A stretch of 64,000 nt of DNA from Eledone cirrhosa (GCA_964016885.1 OZ024749.1:25048001-25112000), one strand, 5' to 3'; counted from the stretch's first letter, positions 38,331 to 51,391 are shown. The notes: generated by a model not told the origin, from the letters alone. Made by a program: numbers and translations.

Positions 38331-38855
38331 TGAGTTGAGATGGAGGGTCTGTGGTTTTTCTCACATCTCGTTGGTCTCTGAATGTGACTTGTTTTATATG
38401 GAAAAAGTGGCTCGAAATTCCAGGTTTTTCGAGAAGTAATTTGATTGGTTTGTCAATAATTATAATAAATTTCGCGCCAGTTCGCGTTACAATAGTTCTT
38501 CAAATAAGAGAGGGGGTGGGGGGTTGTCACAGGTTGTTTTTTCATATATGAGTGTTTGAATTTCTTTTTACTTGAAAAAAGGAGGCTCACGAAGGCTTTT
38601 TTTTGGTTGGTTATAAATGAAATTTGGCTGTCACGTGAACAAGTTTTTATTACATTTTTGCGCCCATATTTGGAAAACTATTCTGTAGTCTTTATAGTGA
38701 ATGTTATGACAATGGAGAGATAGTGGTCAAGAGAAAAGGGATTGGGAGAAATGTTCTGGTTCAGTGAATATGGCCAGCTCGCCGGGGTGTCAGAGTTCAG
38801 ATTTTCTATTGAGACTGAATATATGTATGTTTATTTGTGTGCTTGTGTGTGTGTA

Positions 38856-38887
<32 letters not shown>

Positions 38888-39125
38888 TATTGGAAGATGA
38901 TTCTATTAGTAGAGATGGGGGAGGGAGTTGTGTGTGTGTGTATATGGGTGTTATGTGTGTGTGTGCGAGTATGTTAAGATGGAGAGAATATATATTTTGT
39001 GTGTGTGTATATATATATGTGTGTAGGAAAGTGGTTCTATTAGTAGAAATGGGGAGGGAGTTGTAGGTGTGGGGGTTGTTATGTGTGTGTGTGTATGTCA
39101 TATTGTGGTGTTGACATAATGTATA

Positions 39126-39725
39126 TTAAACCTTATTTAATGTTGGTCTATATTTTTGAATGAACATATTTTCCTTATTTATTTGCATTTGTTCTGTTGT
39201 ATTGTTAGCGCAAAGGTAAAATGGGAAGACTTGGAATTTGGGTGTCTTATTACTTGCGCAAATGTCTAGATATGCACTTAGTGGTATCTGTCTCGTGGTT
39301 GGATCTCGTAATTGTTGGCGATGAACTGTCATTCTGTTTCTGAGTGTGAGTTTAGTTTGTCCTATATAGTCTTCATTGCATCCTTTACATTTAATGGCAT
39401 AAAGTAGATTTTTTGATGAGCAAGTGAAGTGATTTTTTACAGTAAAATTTTGTCCTGATTTAAATGTATACGTGTTGCCTTCAATGAGGTGAGTGAAGGT
39501 TCCACAATTAGAGCGACCACATTTTTTGATACTTGGTTGTGGGTTTGTGATAGGTAATTTGGCATTGGTGAGTAATGTTTTCAGTGATTTTGGTTGTCTT
39601 TTGCTTTTGATTATTTTGTGTGTTTCAAGGGCTTTTTTCATTCTTGGGTTTTGTTTTAGTAGTGGGATGTTATTGTCAATAGTGTTGTAAGCTTCCGCAT
39701 TTCTTGGGTTGTGTGTTGAGATGTA

Positions 39726-39728
<3 letters not shown>
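39126..39728 (-). pseudogene. Penelope-like GIY-YIG endonuclease (open frame, 5'-truncated)
   Basis: KRQPKSLK..L, CGRSNC linker, CSSKNLLYAIKCKGC..YIGQT..LRNRMTVH, and KE..FI..P.LN. Confidence 0.88.
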
Positions 39729-39777
<49 letters not shown>

Positions 39778-39889
39778 ATATATATATATATATAGTAATA
39801 ATAATAATTTTGAAGACTAAAATCCAAAGAGGGCTCTATAGGGTTATATATATATATCACATATATAAGAACCGTAGAGCAAATATTTA

Positions 39890-40035
39890 TTAAAATAACA
39901 GATTAAAGTTTAAGAAAAGAATCGCTGCTTTCACCCTTAACGGGATCTACTGAAACGGGATCCAGAGTTTCAGTAGATCCCGTTAACGGTGAAAGCACCG
40001 ATTCTTTGCTTAAACTTTAATCTGTTATTTTAATA
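39890..40035. repeat. Palindrome of the 19215-19295 element end
   Basis: ~65-bp inverted arms around 39957-39967. Confidence 0.85.
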
Positions 40036-40040
40036 AATAA

Positions 40041-40100
<60 letters not shown>

Positions 40101-40103
<3 letters not shown>

Positions 40104-40935
40104 AGACGTAAAATAAGAAAATTATAAAAGTAACTTACTTACTAAAAAATAGTAAGTAAGTGTCTTATTAGCAAACCAATTTCCACTGATTGACCTCGAT
40201 GTATATATATTTACTCCATTCCAGAAACTAATTAGTTGGAAGTGATATTTTAGTAAGTGAGTTAATTTTATAATTTACTTATTTTACGTCTCTTATATTA
40301 TCGTTCTGCAACCCCATGCATTGAACCACAACGTTATTAAGACAAAACCTATATATTTGCTAGCATTGATATGCATCTGTATGCATATATATGTTACTAG
40401 ATATGAATTTTTTATTATTATCTCCAAATTATTTGTCGAGCAATATGGGCCATGACTGCTGCTACGGTTGTAGGCAGGCCGCTGTCTTATTAGCAAACCA
40501 CTTTCCACTGATTGACCTCGATGTCACGTGTTCGATTCTTTTTGAATTTGCCACAGACGTAGAGGCAGTGATTTTCTCAATGGCTTGGAATTCAGTCCAC
40601 GCTTCGCTATTTCCTATCCACTGAATTATTTTTTAATAAGTTTCCAGTGTCCTCGCTTTGCCTGGAAACTTACATGAGAATAGACTTTACTGACGACGGA
40701 ATGCTTCTCTGTATTATTCTTCGGAAAATATATTTACTCCATTCCAGAAACTAATTAGTTGGAAGTGATATTTTAGTAAGTAAGTTAATTTCATAATTTT
40801 CTCATTTTACGTCTCTTATATTATTGTTCTGCAACCCCATGCATTGAACCACACTGATATTAAGACAAAACCTATATATTTGCTAGCATTGATATGCATC
40901 TGTATGTATATATATATGTTACTAGATATAAATTC
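40101..40935 (+). mobile_element. Hammerhead-bearing tandem repeat (period ~523 bp), diverged relative of the 41.2-kb family
   Basis: CATTCCAGAAACTAATTAGTTGGAAG at ~40217 and ~40740. Short inverted copy at 40101-40150. TA tracts on both sides. Confidence 0.75.
40685..40765 (+). ncRNA. Type-I hammerhead motif
   Basis: CTGACGA-C-GGAATG...CATTCC-A-GAAA-CTAATTAG-TT-GGAAG. Stem I is imperfect. Confidence 0.7.
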
Positions 40936-40938
40936 TTT

Positions 40939-40997
<59 letters not shown>

Positions 40998-41175
40998 AAT
41001 AATTGTTTCTATTTTATGCACAAGGACAGCAATTAACCAGTACATTACTAGTACTTTATTTCATCGATACTGCTAATCCAGTAATAATAAAAAAATTGAA
41101 GACTAAAATCCAAACTGGAGGGCTCGTTAAGGGGGAAATCAGCGAGTCTTTGCTTGAACTTTAATCTTTATTTTA

Positions 41176-41210
<35 letters not shown>

Positions 41211-41388
41211 TTAGTATATCTACTAACATATGCGTACAGATGTACGCTAATGTCAGCAATTACACAGGTTATGTCATAGTACCTAGGTGGTTCAATGCAG
41301 GAGGATGCAGAACAATAATATAAAAGACGTAAAATAAGAGAATTTTAAAAAAAATTTAAAAAAATTAACTTACTTACTAAAATTTTCA

Positions 41389-41467
41389 CTCCAACTAATT
41401 AGTTTCTGCATTAGGATAAAGACAGTTACGTAATAAACTGTTGAGAATTCATTGCGTCATCAGGGAG
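41389..41467 (-). ncRNA. Type-I hammerhead ribozyme
   Basis: rc: CTCC-CTGATGA-C-GCAATG...TGC-A-GAAA-CTAATTAG-TT-GGAG. Confidence 0.78.
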
Positions 41468-42234
41468 GTCTATTCTCAGCTAAGTCTCCAGGCAATGCGC
41501 GGACACTGGGGACCCATATAAAAACAATAATAATTCGGTAAATGGAACAGCTAGCGGGGACTGGATTCCATGTACTGAAAATCTCGCCGTCACTGGTCAA
41601 ATGGCAGATTCTAAAGAATCAATCACGTGACACTGAGGCTAGTCGGTAGGAGTGGGATGGTAAGATGACAGAAGCCTACTAACACACCAAACAAATTAGT
41701 AGTGGTTTTGGCAGGTTTGCTCGACAAATAAGTGATTTGGAGATAAATATAGAGAATTTAGTATATCTACTAACATATGCGTACCGATGTACGCTAATGT
41801 CAGCAAATACAATTTTCTTATTTTACGTCTTTTATATTATTGTTCTGCATCCTCCTGCATGGAACCACCTAGGTACTATGACATAACCTGTGTATTTGCT
41901 GACATTAGCGTACATCTGTACGCATATGTTAGTAGATATACTAAATTCTCTATATTTATCTCCAACTCACTTATTTGTCGAGCAAACCTGCCAAAACCTC
42001 TACTAATTTTTTTGGTGTGTTAGTCGGCTTCTGTCATCTTACCATCCTACTCCTACCGACTAGCCTCAGTGTCACGTAATGGATTCTTTAGAATCTGCCA
42101 TTTGACCAGTGACAGAGAGATTTTCAGTACATGGAATCCAGTCCCCGCTAGCTGTTCCATTTACCGAATTATTATTATATTTATATGAGTCCCCAGAGTC
42201 CGCGCATTGCCTGGAGACTTAGCTGAGAATAGAC

Positions 42235-42313
42235 CTCCCTGATGACGCAATGAATTCTCAACAGTTTATTACGTAACTGTCTTTATCCCATTGCAGAAAC
42301 TAATGAGTTGGAG
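42235..42313 (+). ncRNA. Type-I hammerhead ribozyme
   Basis: CTCC-CTGATGA-C-GCAATG...CATTGC-A-GAAA-CTAATGAG-TT-GGAG. Confidence 0.78.
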
Positions 42314-42777
42314 TGAAAATTTTAGTAAGTTAATTAAAAAAATTTTTTTTTTAAATTTTCTTATTTTACGTCTTTTATATTATTGTTGTGCATCCTCCTG
42401 CATTGAACCACCTAGGTACTATGACATAACCTGTGTATTTGCTGACATTAGCAGACATCTGTACGCATATGTTAGGAGATATACTAAATTCTCTATATTT
42501 ACCTCCAAATCACTTATTTGTCGAGCAAACCTGCCAAAACCACTACTATTTTTTGGGGTGTGTTAGTAGGCTTCTGTCATCTTACCATCCCACTCCTACC
42601 GACTAGCCTCAGTGTCACGTGATTGATTCTTTAGAATCTGCCATTTGACCAGTGACAGCGAGATTTTCAGTACAAGGTATCCAGTCCCCGCTAGCTGTTC
42701 CATTTACCGAATTATTATTATTTTTATATGAGTCCCCAGTGTCCGCGCATTTCCTGGAGACTTAGCTGAGAATAGAC

Positions 42778-42856
42778 CTCCCTGATGACGCAATGAATTT
42801 TCAACAGTTTATTACGTAACTGTCTTTATCCCATTGCAGAAACTAATTAGTTGGAG
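42778..42856 (+). ncRNA. Type-I hammerhead ribozyme
   Basis: CTCC-CTGATGA-C-GCAATG...CATTGC-A-GAAA-CTAATTAG-TT-GGAG. Confidence 0.82.
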
Positions 42857-42920
42857 TGAAAATTTTAGTAAGTAAGTTAATTTAAAAAATTTACTTTTTA
42901 AATTCTCTTATTTTACGTCT

Positions 42921-42986
<66 letters not shown>

Positions 42987-43415
42987 TGTATGTATGCATG
43001 TATGTATGTTCTTCTGGTTTTATAATTTCACAATTTTCTTCCAAGAGAGACAGTCGTTTACCAACACAGATACAAAAGTCTCTCATTGGAATTTACACAA
43101 CATCAACTAGGTACATATGTATGCATGTGTGCAGGTATGATGTTATTGTATGTGTGGATGTGTATATTTTGACTTGAATGTGTGCATGTGCATATGCTTT
43201 GTATCTGTACAAGTCTATATGTAGTTATTTTTATTTTTCATATTTTTATTTTTATTTTTCATATTTATACTTTTCTATTAATGGATTGTACTTGTAATTT
43301 CCTAACTAGTCGAATTCTCTATGTAAATATGTATATATGGACATATATATATGTATATATATATATATATATACATATATACATATATATGCTCTCTCAC
43401 GATACGCTAACACTT

Positions 43416-43453
<38 letters not shown>

Positions 43454-43455
<2 letters not shown>

Positions 43456-43588
43456 CGAAGGAGTTGTGGTAAGGAACATGATGGATCATAACGCACCAGA
43501 GTACTCAATACTTAGAATAGAAGAGTGGGTAATGAAATAGCCGTCGAAACGGCTTGAGCTCTGCCGTTGGGGTCATACTTTTTCCCAT
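43454..43588. repeat. Asymmetric inverted-repeat family C copy
   Basis: AACGAAGG..GTGGTAAGGAAC.. joined to the rc arm GCCGTCGAAACGGCTTGAGC. Confidence 0.75.
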
Positions 43589-43618
43589 TATATATATATA
43601 TATTTATATATATGTATA

Positions 43619-43674
<56 letters not shown>

Positions 43675-43712
43675 TATATTTATGTACGTATGTATTCATA
43701 TATGCATGTATG

Positions 43713-43743
<31 letters not shown>

Positions 43744-43784
43744 GTATACATGTATGTATGTATTCATATATGTATATATGTATG

Positions 43785-43835
<51 letters not shown>

Positions 43836-43879
43836 ACATGTTTGTATGTATAGATGTATATATGTATAGGGAGAGATGT

Positions 43880-44290
43880 CCGGGAGAGATGACCCCTTAG
43901 CCTTTGTCAAAGCAGAATTCTAGGAGAAGGAAAACTCTGATATAACACCTGCAACCCTGATGGTATCTAATGATGTTGAATTGTTCTTCTTTTTGGTAAA
44001 TATCATCTTGGTTAAGAGAGTGGGACTGGCTTTGTGCAGTGCCTTTGCTCACTATAAAAGCTTCACAGCACAGGCATTGCTTTGTATCTGGAGATCTCTC
44101 TGCACTTGTCGTCACATGGTACCATGGGCCCAGCACTATGTGTCAATAATTGTCACAGGTGTAGTCTTTGTACCAGAGTTTTCAAGTCGCTGGCTGGAGT
44201 AAAAAATCACACTCGTTCAGCGCATTGGTAGGGGTTCTCCTACATGGATATAAAGTAGTGGCCGTACTCGAAAACGAGTTGGCAGCCACC
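43880..44290 (+). mobile_element. 5'-truncated non-autonomous RTE-derived element
   Basis: Matches 33306-33716. Confidence 0.85.
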
Positions 44291-44699
44291 ATATATGTAT
44301 AGAATGCTGAGTAAAGTTATAATGCCTAATATAGTGAGATATATGTGATGTCTGAACAACTGGATTGATATTATCTGAACATTTATGAGCAGAAGTTTCT
44401 CGAAACCACAGCCTCAGATATATTAATATACAGAGAAACTGAAAAAAGACATATGGAAAAATACAACGCAACCTTATGCAATTAAAACAAATTTGAAAGA
44501 TTCAAAACTGTTTTGAAATGTCGTTTTGTCGTTCGTTCGAAAGCTATAATGAATAAAATATGAATGGAAAGCAAAGAATAGTTTCTAGTCAGAAAGATTT
44601 GAGATGAAGAAACAATTCCCTTTTCCTTTTTACTTGTGTATTTGTTTGTTGTTGTTGCTGTGGCTGATTTTGTTGTTGTTGTTGTTGTTGTTGTTGTAG

Positions 44700-44754
<55 letters not shown>

Positions 44755-45521
44755 CGGCTTTGGTATTCTGTTATTCACTCATGTATTTTTATAAAGAGTT
44801 CTCCTTTTCAATGTTTCTACAATCACATAAAATATGGTGGCTAGAACTGCGTTAAAAGAAAACTGAATAATATTACAAATAACTAAAGCACGGTTGTCTA
44901 TTTTTGCTTAAAATTTTAACTTGTCTTTCTTTATTTACTTATTTCTTTCTTTCTTTCTTTATTTATTTATTTATTTTGTTAATTATTTTCAAACAATGTT
45001 TGTTCAAAGAATTCATGGCAAATCTATCATTCATATCAGCAATCCTTGTCAACCATTCTTTTTTGTTCAAACGCCTATATTTGATCTTATAAAACTACCA
45101 ACGCCTACAAAGAACAATACTTATTTTTCCTCATCACTCACATCTTACGTTGTAAAACATAAAGGTTAAGACTCAAAACTTGACAATTAGCTATTCTTCT
45201 TTATATTGTCTTGTTTTCACTATAATTTAACGCCTTGAAAGAGGCGTTACTGACTCATTTTCATTTACTCTGCTCCAGACGCTAAGACAATTGCAACTTA
45301 ATTTCGAATTCCAGGTGGAGATAATTATGAGTGGAATGCTTTAGCTATTGTTCTTTATTTAATTAACTAAATAGTCCTTTCGATATATTTTTCTTCATTT
45401 TGCTTCTTTATACATCCATTGTATATATATTGCTAGCGTGTATGTATGGTATATTTGAAATTGTATGGCCTTAGAACCCTTATCTGTACAGAAAAAAATT
45501 ATTTTTATTATTATTGTTGTT

Positions 45522-45708
45522 GAATTGGCAGTATCGGTAGAGAGTCAGACGCCATGCCTTTCAGCATAGAGTTACGTCCCTTTACGAACTGAGTTCAAAT
45601 CCCGCCGAGGTCAACTTTGCCTTTCATCCTTACAGGGTCGATAAAATAAAGCACCAGTAATTTACTGGGATAATTGCTGGCCTTGTGCTAAAAGTAGAAA
45701 CAATTATT
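45522..45708 (+). mobile_element. tRNA-derived SINE, family A
   Basis: Matches 22064-22254. Confidence 0.88.
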
Positions 45709-45763
45709 ACGATTTTTTACTATTGCTGTTTTTTTTTTGTTTTTTTGTTTCTTTGTTTTTTTC

Positions 45764-46565
45764 TTACCGCAGGCGTCTGAGGATTACCCTCATTAGCGCT
45801 AAACTGGCGTGCGGGAGACGCACGAGTTCATCCATGCTGGAGCCGAATTGGTGGTGATAATAATCCACCATCAAGGCCGGACATCTCATCCAAAGATGTT
45901 CGGAGGATCCTTCTTCCTCTCCGCACAGACGGCATGTGTTGATTTCCGCTTGGCCGATCATATAGAGCCATCTTCTTAATGACCTGTACTGTCCACTGCG
46001 GAAGCGGACAAGATGGTTCCTATCTGCTTTGGAGAGAGTCTGCTTACTCTCTTCATTTGGGTGGCGGCTAAAGACTGATTGTAGACGTTGATGCTGGATC
46101 GGTGGTGGGCGAAATTCTCGGCGAATGACGGCGCGTCGGATGGCGGCATCGATTGAACTTTCATTTATGTAGATGCTGAGCCTTGTTTCGCCTGGGCGTC
46201 CGCCAGTTCATTCCCCTTGATGTTGCAGTGCCCCGGGACCAAGATAGCTGCTAAGGTTCTCCCCTCTGTGATTTTGTCAGCGATCCCTTGCAGTTCGGTA
46301 ATGAAATGGTCATGGGGGAAGGGGTTGTTGACTGCTTGAACCAGCGACTTGCAGTCACAGATGACATTGGAGGACTCCCAGCTGGTGTCTGCCTGTAATT
46401 ATAGGAGGGCTTGTTTCAATGCAATTCTTTCGGAATGAAAGGAAATGCTACGAGCGCCCGTCGGCGTGTGCCCACCGTGAACTACCTCTTCATTTTGGAT
46501 GATTACGAGACCGGCACGCCATTGTTTGTACCGTCGCATGTTGATCCATCTGTATACACGCAAGT
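45764..46565 (-). pseudogene. 3' part of an Ingi/I-group LINE: RNase H plus C-terminal zinc finger
   Basis: rc: VYTDGS, ICDCKS, VPGHCNIKGNELAD, CRLCGEEEGSSEHLWMRCP, then a stop followed by an A/CAA-rich tail. Confidence 0.85.
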
Positions 46566-46569
46566 GCCC

Positions 46570-48470
46570 CCACTAACAATAATGTAATTTTAGCCCATAA
46601 CACATCGAGCATTACCATCCTCCATGTACATAATACATTTGTCGTAAACTCATCCAACTCCACTCAAGTCCCACAAGTCGCTGCATCCATTAACACCCAC
46701 TGTCCTACTAGTAAACGTCGTCTAACTCACTCCGTAAAACTGCTTATATGCAAAACCTGTCACCGCACATTCCATCTCAAGTGCACACCTGAAACAAGAT
46801 ATGCATTAGAACGGCTACGAATGGACATGCAGCACTTGCGCTCAATGCCATCCTCCAACCACCTTAAATCAGACAGCACCTACGACAGTATGTACACAAA
46901 TGCCAAGACCGACTGTACGTAAGCTCCAATTTTTTTACAATGAATGCAGATTTCCTTCCATCCAAGATAATAGAATTAAAAGAGTTCGTATTGAAACACA
47001 AAATTGACGTTACAACTATCCAAGAAACCAAATTAGGGCATGAAGATCCAACCCCTACAATTGACGGCTATGACACAATTCGTCAGGACCGGCAAGGCAG
47101 TGGTACATTACACCAACGTGGCTGTGGAATGATGATCTACATCTGACAGGGTATACAGTACTCGGTACCACCGCGTATGAACTCAAGCTCCCTGGAACAA
47201 CAACGGATTGTCATCCACCTAACCAGTAGACGTCAGTTTTCCGTCACAAACATCTAACTGTCCCCGCAGAAATCTGGCTATGCCCAACAGCCGTCGAATA
47301 ACAACGTCTGGATCAACAACCTATCAAACGAACGAGGAATTATCTGCGGAGATCTCAATGTTCACCATTCGACGTGGGACCAGTTTGCAAAAACTGATAC
47401 CCGTGGTTCAGATATCATCAACTGCCTTGAAGACAACTCCAAATCCATTCTAAATGATGGAACCCCGACACGACCGGTGTCATACGAACAGGAAGCAGGA
47501 ATAAGTGCACCAGAACTCACAATAGTACATCTAGACTCAGTCAACCAATTCTCATGGTATACTATAAATTATCTCGGCTAAGATCATCTTCCAATCGCTA
47601 TCCACGGGAGTGTCGATCTTCAGGTAGAACGACCACGACAGAATCCACGGAGAAACTATCAAAATGCAGACTGGCCAAAATTCCGGGAATTTGTTAAAGA
47701 AGGAATTAACAAAGTCTCCGATGAAGCCTCCCCTCAAGTAAATTGGCAGCACTTCTCACACTCCTTAAGAAGCCGGTGCAGTTCCCCCGAAGGCCATCCG
47801 TAAGAATGAATGCCCATGGATGACAACGGAGCTAAAAAGTCTGATAAAAAAACGCAATCGTCTCAGGCGAGATCTTAAGAACAATCGCAAAGAGTGGTTG
47901 GAGACCTCACACGAGGTGGTTATAAAAACAGATGAGTGCAAGAGGGAGGCCCAGAGGAAACACCTACAGACGATATCCGAGACGAAAGATAGTAAAAGGG
48001 CCTGGTCAGTAGTTCTATCGTTGTCAGGAAAAGGCTGCGCAAACAACAGCAAGTTTATACTATACAAAGGGGCGACTCATGCTAGGGACAGATCGAAGGC
48101 TGCAGCTTTCATTCAGGAGTATGTCTCAGTTAACGGAAGAAAGCCAGTTAAAAACACTAGGAAATATGTACGGGAGCTACGACTCAACATCCAGGGTGCT
48201 CGAAACTCACCAAGACATAAATTTGAAGCAGCCTTCACTACCGATGAACTACAGAAAGCATTAAACCAAATAAAAGCGGGAAAGCCGCTGGTCCCGACCA
48301 TATAGCACCAGATCTCCTCAAACACCTACCACCAACGGCCTTAAAAACATTGTTAGACCTACTAAATTTCAGCTGGTTGGAGAATTGCTGCCCACAAGAT
48401 TGGCGAATGGCGCTTATCGTTCCATTTCATAAAAAAGGGAAAGATCTGGCGGACGTGGGGAGTTATCGCC
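46570..48470 (+). pseudogene. 5' part of an Ingi/I-group LINE: PHD-like finger, AP endonuclease, start of RT
   Basis: CKTCHRTFHLKC, IQETKL, ICGDLNVHH, LNDGTPT, DHLPI, GPDHI..LLKHLP, WRMALIVPFHKKGK..SYR. Contains stops and frameshifts. Confidence 0.85.
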
Positions 48471-48808
48471 TGTTGCTGTTGTCGTAGTTGTTGTTGATGG
48501 CGTTGGCGTTTTTGTTGTCATATTTGCTAATGCCGTTGTTGACACTACTCATCTTGTTCATTTGTTCATGTTCTTGATGTTGTTGTTGATATCGCTGGTG
48601 GTGTCCTTGTCACTGTTGCTGTCATATTTGTCGAAGTTCTTTATGATTTTCGATGTTTTTGTTTTTTTTGCTATTGATATTGTTGTTGTTTATGTAGTTG
48701 TTGATGCTGTTAATGTTGTTGCTGTTGTTGGTGATGTTATTATTGTTGATGAGGTAGATTTTTATGTTGATCTGATTGTTGCTGCTGATGTTTTTTCTTG
48801 TTGTTCAT

Positions 48809-48998
48809 GCGGTGGTTTGGCAGTATCCGTAGAGCACCAGACACCATTCGTTGCAGCATAGAGTTATGGCCTTTTACGTTCTGACTTCAAATCCGCCTAG
48901 GTTAACTTTGTCTTTCAACCTTACGGGTTCGATAAAATAAAGCACCAGTAATGCACTGGGGGTAATTGGTGGCCTTGTGCCAAAATTAGAAACATTAT
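48809..48998 (+). mobile_element. tRNA-derived SINE, family A (diverged), inside a degenerate (GTT)n region
   Basis: Matches 22064-22254. Confidence 0.8.
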
Positions 48999-49734
48999 CG
49001 TGAATGCCGCTCATACTGTTGTTAGTATTATTATTATTGTTGATGTTGTTATTGTTGTTAATGCTGTTGTTGTTGGTGGTGGTGGTGATGGTGATATTAT
49101 TGTTGATGAGGTAGTTATTAGTGTTATTCTGATTGTTGCTGCAGATCTTTTCTTAATGTTACAGTTAAGTCAGTTGTTTTTATTGTTGATGCTCATGGTG
49201 TTGTTATTTTCGTTGCGGTAGTTCTTCTTATTCCTTAGAAAAGAAGTATTCAGGATGTCAGATGAAAGGAATTAAGATCATGACACAAATTATATAATTA
49301 CGGATAAAGAAATATCACTGTAAAAAATTATATACAGACGATGTTAGCATAAAATACGGTTGAAGGAAAATAAAAGCTTTCGTCTTTAAAAAAATATGAA
49401 AATGTAATCTTTTCAATACAAATATTATTCAAATTATCTCACCAATCAGGGTAGATAACTTCTGTCCGGATTTGGTATTAATACACTTGTCAGTTAAACA
49501 TAGAATTCAGAGATCATGAAATATATATAAAAATATATTACTAATTTTACAATAATATATATTTATTTATATATATATATATAAATACAATATCGGAGAA
49601 AGCTTTTTAGCGATACTCCGGCCAAATTCCAACTCACTCAACAAACATTAGGAAATAGGTGATTATATTCCCAATTATGCGTTCGGGGTGCTAACTAAAA
49701 TATATATATATATATGTGCTAACTATATATATAA

Positions 49735-49947
<213 letters not shown>

Positions 49948-50152
49948 TTAGTTATGTAATAAACAACATAAGATAATTATTTCATTTACCAGTGGTTTCT
50001 GGAAGTCAGATATTTATATCTGTCTTCAGTCGTCAGAATGAATAAATTTGTTATTTATTCATTCAGACGACTGAAGACAAATATAAATATCTACCTTCAA
50101 GAAACTAATGGTAAATGAAATAATTATCTTATGTTATTTATTACATAACTAA
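49948..50152. repeat. ~200-bp palindrome with a hammerhead motif in each arm
   Basis: Arms are reverse-complementary about ~50050. Confidence 0.85.
49983..50040 (-). ncRNA. Type-I hammerhead ribozyme
   Basis: rc: CATT-CTGACGA-CT-GAAG-A-CAGATAT(AA)ATATCTG-A-CTTC-CA-GAAA-CCACTGG-TA-AATG. Confidence 0.75.
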
Positions 50153-50214
50153 TAAGCTCTGTAGCCTTACATAGAGCACTCTCTTTTCCTGTAACTTTCC
50201 TACAGATGTACTTC

Positions 50215-50251
<37 letters not shown>

Positions 50252-50570
50252 CCGCCAAGAATAACCGTGGAGTTTGCACCTATAACTTTACCCACCTAGT
50301 TACAAGCCAGTTTAAGCTGTTTTTTTGGTTGACCAGCAGCCACCCATGACTACAAGTCTTTCCTATTTATGCCCCTAATGTCATCCATGTAAAAAGAAGA
50401 GGGCGATAGAATTAGGCCTCAGCGATGTGGCAAATCGTTTCTGGAGCTGGAGGATCTAAAGCAGCGGAATATAATGTATCTTGCCCGGTCTGGGGATCAA
50501 ACTCATAACTCACGAGAGGGAATTCAACATTCTAACAAGTATCTCTCTCTATCTCCCTCCTTCTTTCTCC

Positions 50571-50757
<187 letters not shown>

Positions 50758-51340
50758 TTAATTTTAATCGTAAATTAATATTGATTTATTTTGAAAAATT
50801 GGTTAAATTTTGCTTGTTCTGCTTATCTTGATATTAAGTTCTTGTATATCAAATTGTTACCATAGAACCACCTTGAATCATAGACAACCTATGTATTTCT
50901 AGGGGTACATTGTACCCTCAGATATATTAACTTTATTCATTAATCTCCGTTATGTAGAGAAAAAAATATGTCGTTCTATCTAGCTGCTAATTTTTTTTGG
51001 TCGCGAATATAGACAACAAGTCTACGATTTCCCGCCTTCACTTTACACCAACGTATTTATGAGTCACTTTCACGACCTTTCAGACCTGTATTAGTAGGAG
51101 TGAGCTCATATATTTTATCGTTCCTGAGATTTTTAACCCTAGGAAAGGAAAATGCTTCTCTCATAATCTTTGTTTTTCCATTAATATCCATGTGATATCT
51201 ATTGTTTTGCAAAGTGAAACTGTACAGTAAGGGCCACTTGAATAGGTAAATATTTATATTATATTTTTAATTTTGATTAATTTTAATTGTAAATCAATTT
51301 TGATTTATTTTGAAAAATTAGTTGAATTTTACTTGTTCTG

Positions 51341-51389
<49 letters not shown>

Positions 51390-51391
<2 letters not shown>

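Larger units (their letters stand above)
41205..42924. mobile_element. Retrozyme-like / non-autonomous Penelope repeat: ~1.1 units minus, then ~2 units plus (unit ~545 bp)
   Basis: Same marker at 41207 and 41754. CTGATGA at 42239 and 42782. Inversion at ~41810. (TA)n on both sides. Confidence 0.85.
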
